A stretch of 64,000 nt of DNA from a virus (taxonomy: Duplodnaviria; Heunggongvirae; Uroviricota; Caudoviricetes): IMG/VR virus record IMGVR_UViG_2939121850_000001; one strand, 5' to 3'. This document shows positions 62,789-64,000 of this stretch, piece after piece. The notes under the pieces are model-generated. The model saw only the letters and a program-made list of their open reading frames with translations. It did not search any database and was not told the origin of the DNA. A program made the position numbers and the translations under genes. The number at the start of each line of letters is the position of its first letter. Within the stretch, counting starts at the first letter, position 1.

Positions 62789-63981
62789 TAATCATCATCC
62801 CCGTATAGCTTGCGGGTAACTTCTTCGTCTTCCTCCTCGTCTTCGTCCAGGTCTTGTTCCAGCCATGGGTCGTTTGATACACCTTCAGTATCAACATCTC
62901 CATAACCGCCTGTATCAACAATATCGGCGATTTCTTCCCTACGCTGCTCAATCCACAATGCGGCATCGGCGCGGCGGTTGGCGGCCCGTTCTCGCGCAAC
63001 TTTGTCCAGATCTTCAAGAGAAGGGCCACCGACGGCTGTTTGCCTTTCCTCATCATCGGTATTGGTCTTAGGAGCACGCAGATCGGCTTTGATTTGCTCC
63101 AGCATCAGGGGCGGAACTTTCCCGCCATGCGCCTCGATGAATTCAGCTGCTTCCAGCACTGACCAGTTATTTTCACGCTTTCGTTCGTATGCCAGTTTAA
63201 CAATGCCAGCTTGCCCCATAGACAAAGCGTGCTTTTCCGCCTCCCGGCTTTCTTTTCGATAGTTATTCCGGATGCTGTAAATGGTGTTGATCAGGCTGCT
63301 TATCTGCGCGGAACAGCTGTTTAGCATGCTCGCGATACGGTATTCAGGCGGAGTTCCTTCATCATCGTCTTTTTGCTGATCGCGCATTTCCTGAACCAAG
63401 CGAATACACGTATCCCTGGCGTTCTCCAGCATAAGGAGATGAGAGAGAGACTTTTCCAGAAGAGTGGTTTCCAGAACATCAGCCCCGGACCGACGCAACA
63501 TAGCGCGCGCGGCCTTCCGCGCTTCAACGTTATCTATCAGGTAATCGCCAGCTTCGAATTCAAAGCGTTCACCATCATCATCCAGGGTGTCGCGTTCCAG
63601 GCGATCACGTAAGGTCCGGTGGGCGCGGGTGATCACGTCATGATCATCAGAACGATCATTTATGCGCTTATTCTGGCGCTTCGCGTTCTCGACTGCGGCA
63701 CTGACAACAGCATTAACTCTTTGTTTTTCAGCCATTTCAGCCACAACGTGATCACCTGCACGTTGATCATTAGCGTGATCAATGATCATGCTTTTTAGTG
63801 GTTTTCTGACAGGCTTATTTGGCTTACGGCTGTCCGCTGTTCCGGTGTCTTCTTTGAATGCACGGAGATAACGACGTGCGGTGTTTGGGTTGAGATTAAA
63901 CTCGGCGGCATATTGTGCGATGGTGTAACCACCATCTCGCGCCAGGCGAGCAAAATTCTTCTTGTGATCGTCCCAGGTCAC
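62788..63981 (-). CDS. pacA: Terminase small subunit PacA (pac site within coding region)
   Basis: 397-aa ORF overlapping pacB start by 1 nt; contains TGATCA hexamer clusters. Confidence 0.75.
   Translation of the reverse strand: MTWDDHKKNFARLARDGGYTIAQYAAEFNLNPNTARRYLRAFKEDTGTADSRKPNKPVRKPLKSMIIDHANDQRAGDHVVAEMAEKQRVNAVVSAAVENAKRQNKRINDRSDDHDVITRAHRTLRDRLERDTLDDDGERFEFEAGDYLIDNVEARKAARAMLRRSGADVLETTLLEKSLSHLLMLENARDTCIRLVQEMRDQQKDDDEGTPPEYRIASMLNSCSAQISSLINTIYSIRNNYRKESREAEKHALSMGQAGIVKLAYERKRENNWSVLEAAEFIEAHGGKVPPLMLEQIKADLRAPKTNTDDEERQTAVGGPSLEDLDKVARERAANRRADAALWIEQRREEIADIVDTGGYGDVDTEGVSNDPWLEQDLDEDEEEDEEVTRKLYGDDD
63600..63790. other. pac: pac packaging site: two clusters of Dam-methylatable TGATCA/G hexamers
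   Basis: GATCAC, TGATCAC, TGATCAT, CGATCAT at 63603-63657 and TGATCAC, TGATCAT, TGATCAA, TGATCAT at 63742-63782. Confidence 0.65.
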
Positions 63982-64000
63982 TTATGCTTCCTTTCGTATA

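Overview
This 64-kb window is a P1-family temperate phage-plasmid backbone, reverse-complemented and circularly permuted relative to the conventional P1 map. Identifications rest on protein sequences I recognise (RepA, ParA/ParB, Cre, C1, Coi, Lyz, SSB, RepL, KilA, Icd, Ref, IS10 transposase) plus synteny; no database search was run. Order: repA-incA iterons-parA-parB-parS; late head/tail genes; hok/mok-like toxin; immI (repL, kilA, ant, icd, c4); AT-rich islet with two secreted proteins; tail module (tape measure Sit, baseplate, very long tail fiber); lysis/Dar operon (lydA, lydB, hdf, darA, ddrA, ddrB); ssb; lyz; pro; prt; darB; ulx; lxc; mat; ref; cre/loxP; coi; c1; a second c4-icd-ant module; pacB; pacA with pac site. 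Departures from P1 as I recall it: (1) the res-mod slot holds a 1.4-kb AT-rich islet with one 435-aa SIR2-like ORF, the best candidate for an undescribed defence system; (2) darB is split by a 3.2-kb Tn3-family IS; (3) an extra immI-like module sits between c1 and pacB with its ant gene split by IS10; (4) a hok/gef-type toxin lies between tail genes and repL; (5) no cin or intact invertible segment, only a decayed inverted tfa remnant; (6) a Sim-like periplasmic protein shares a motif with Sit. Hand-counted coordinates may be off by 1-2 bp; one junction (darB 3' start) disagrees with the ORF track by 1 bp.
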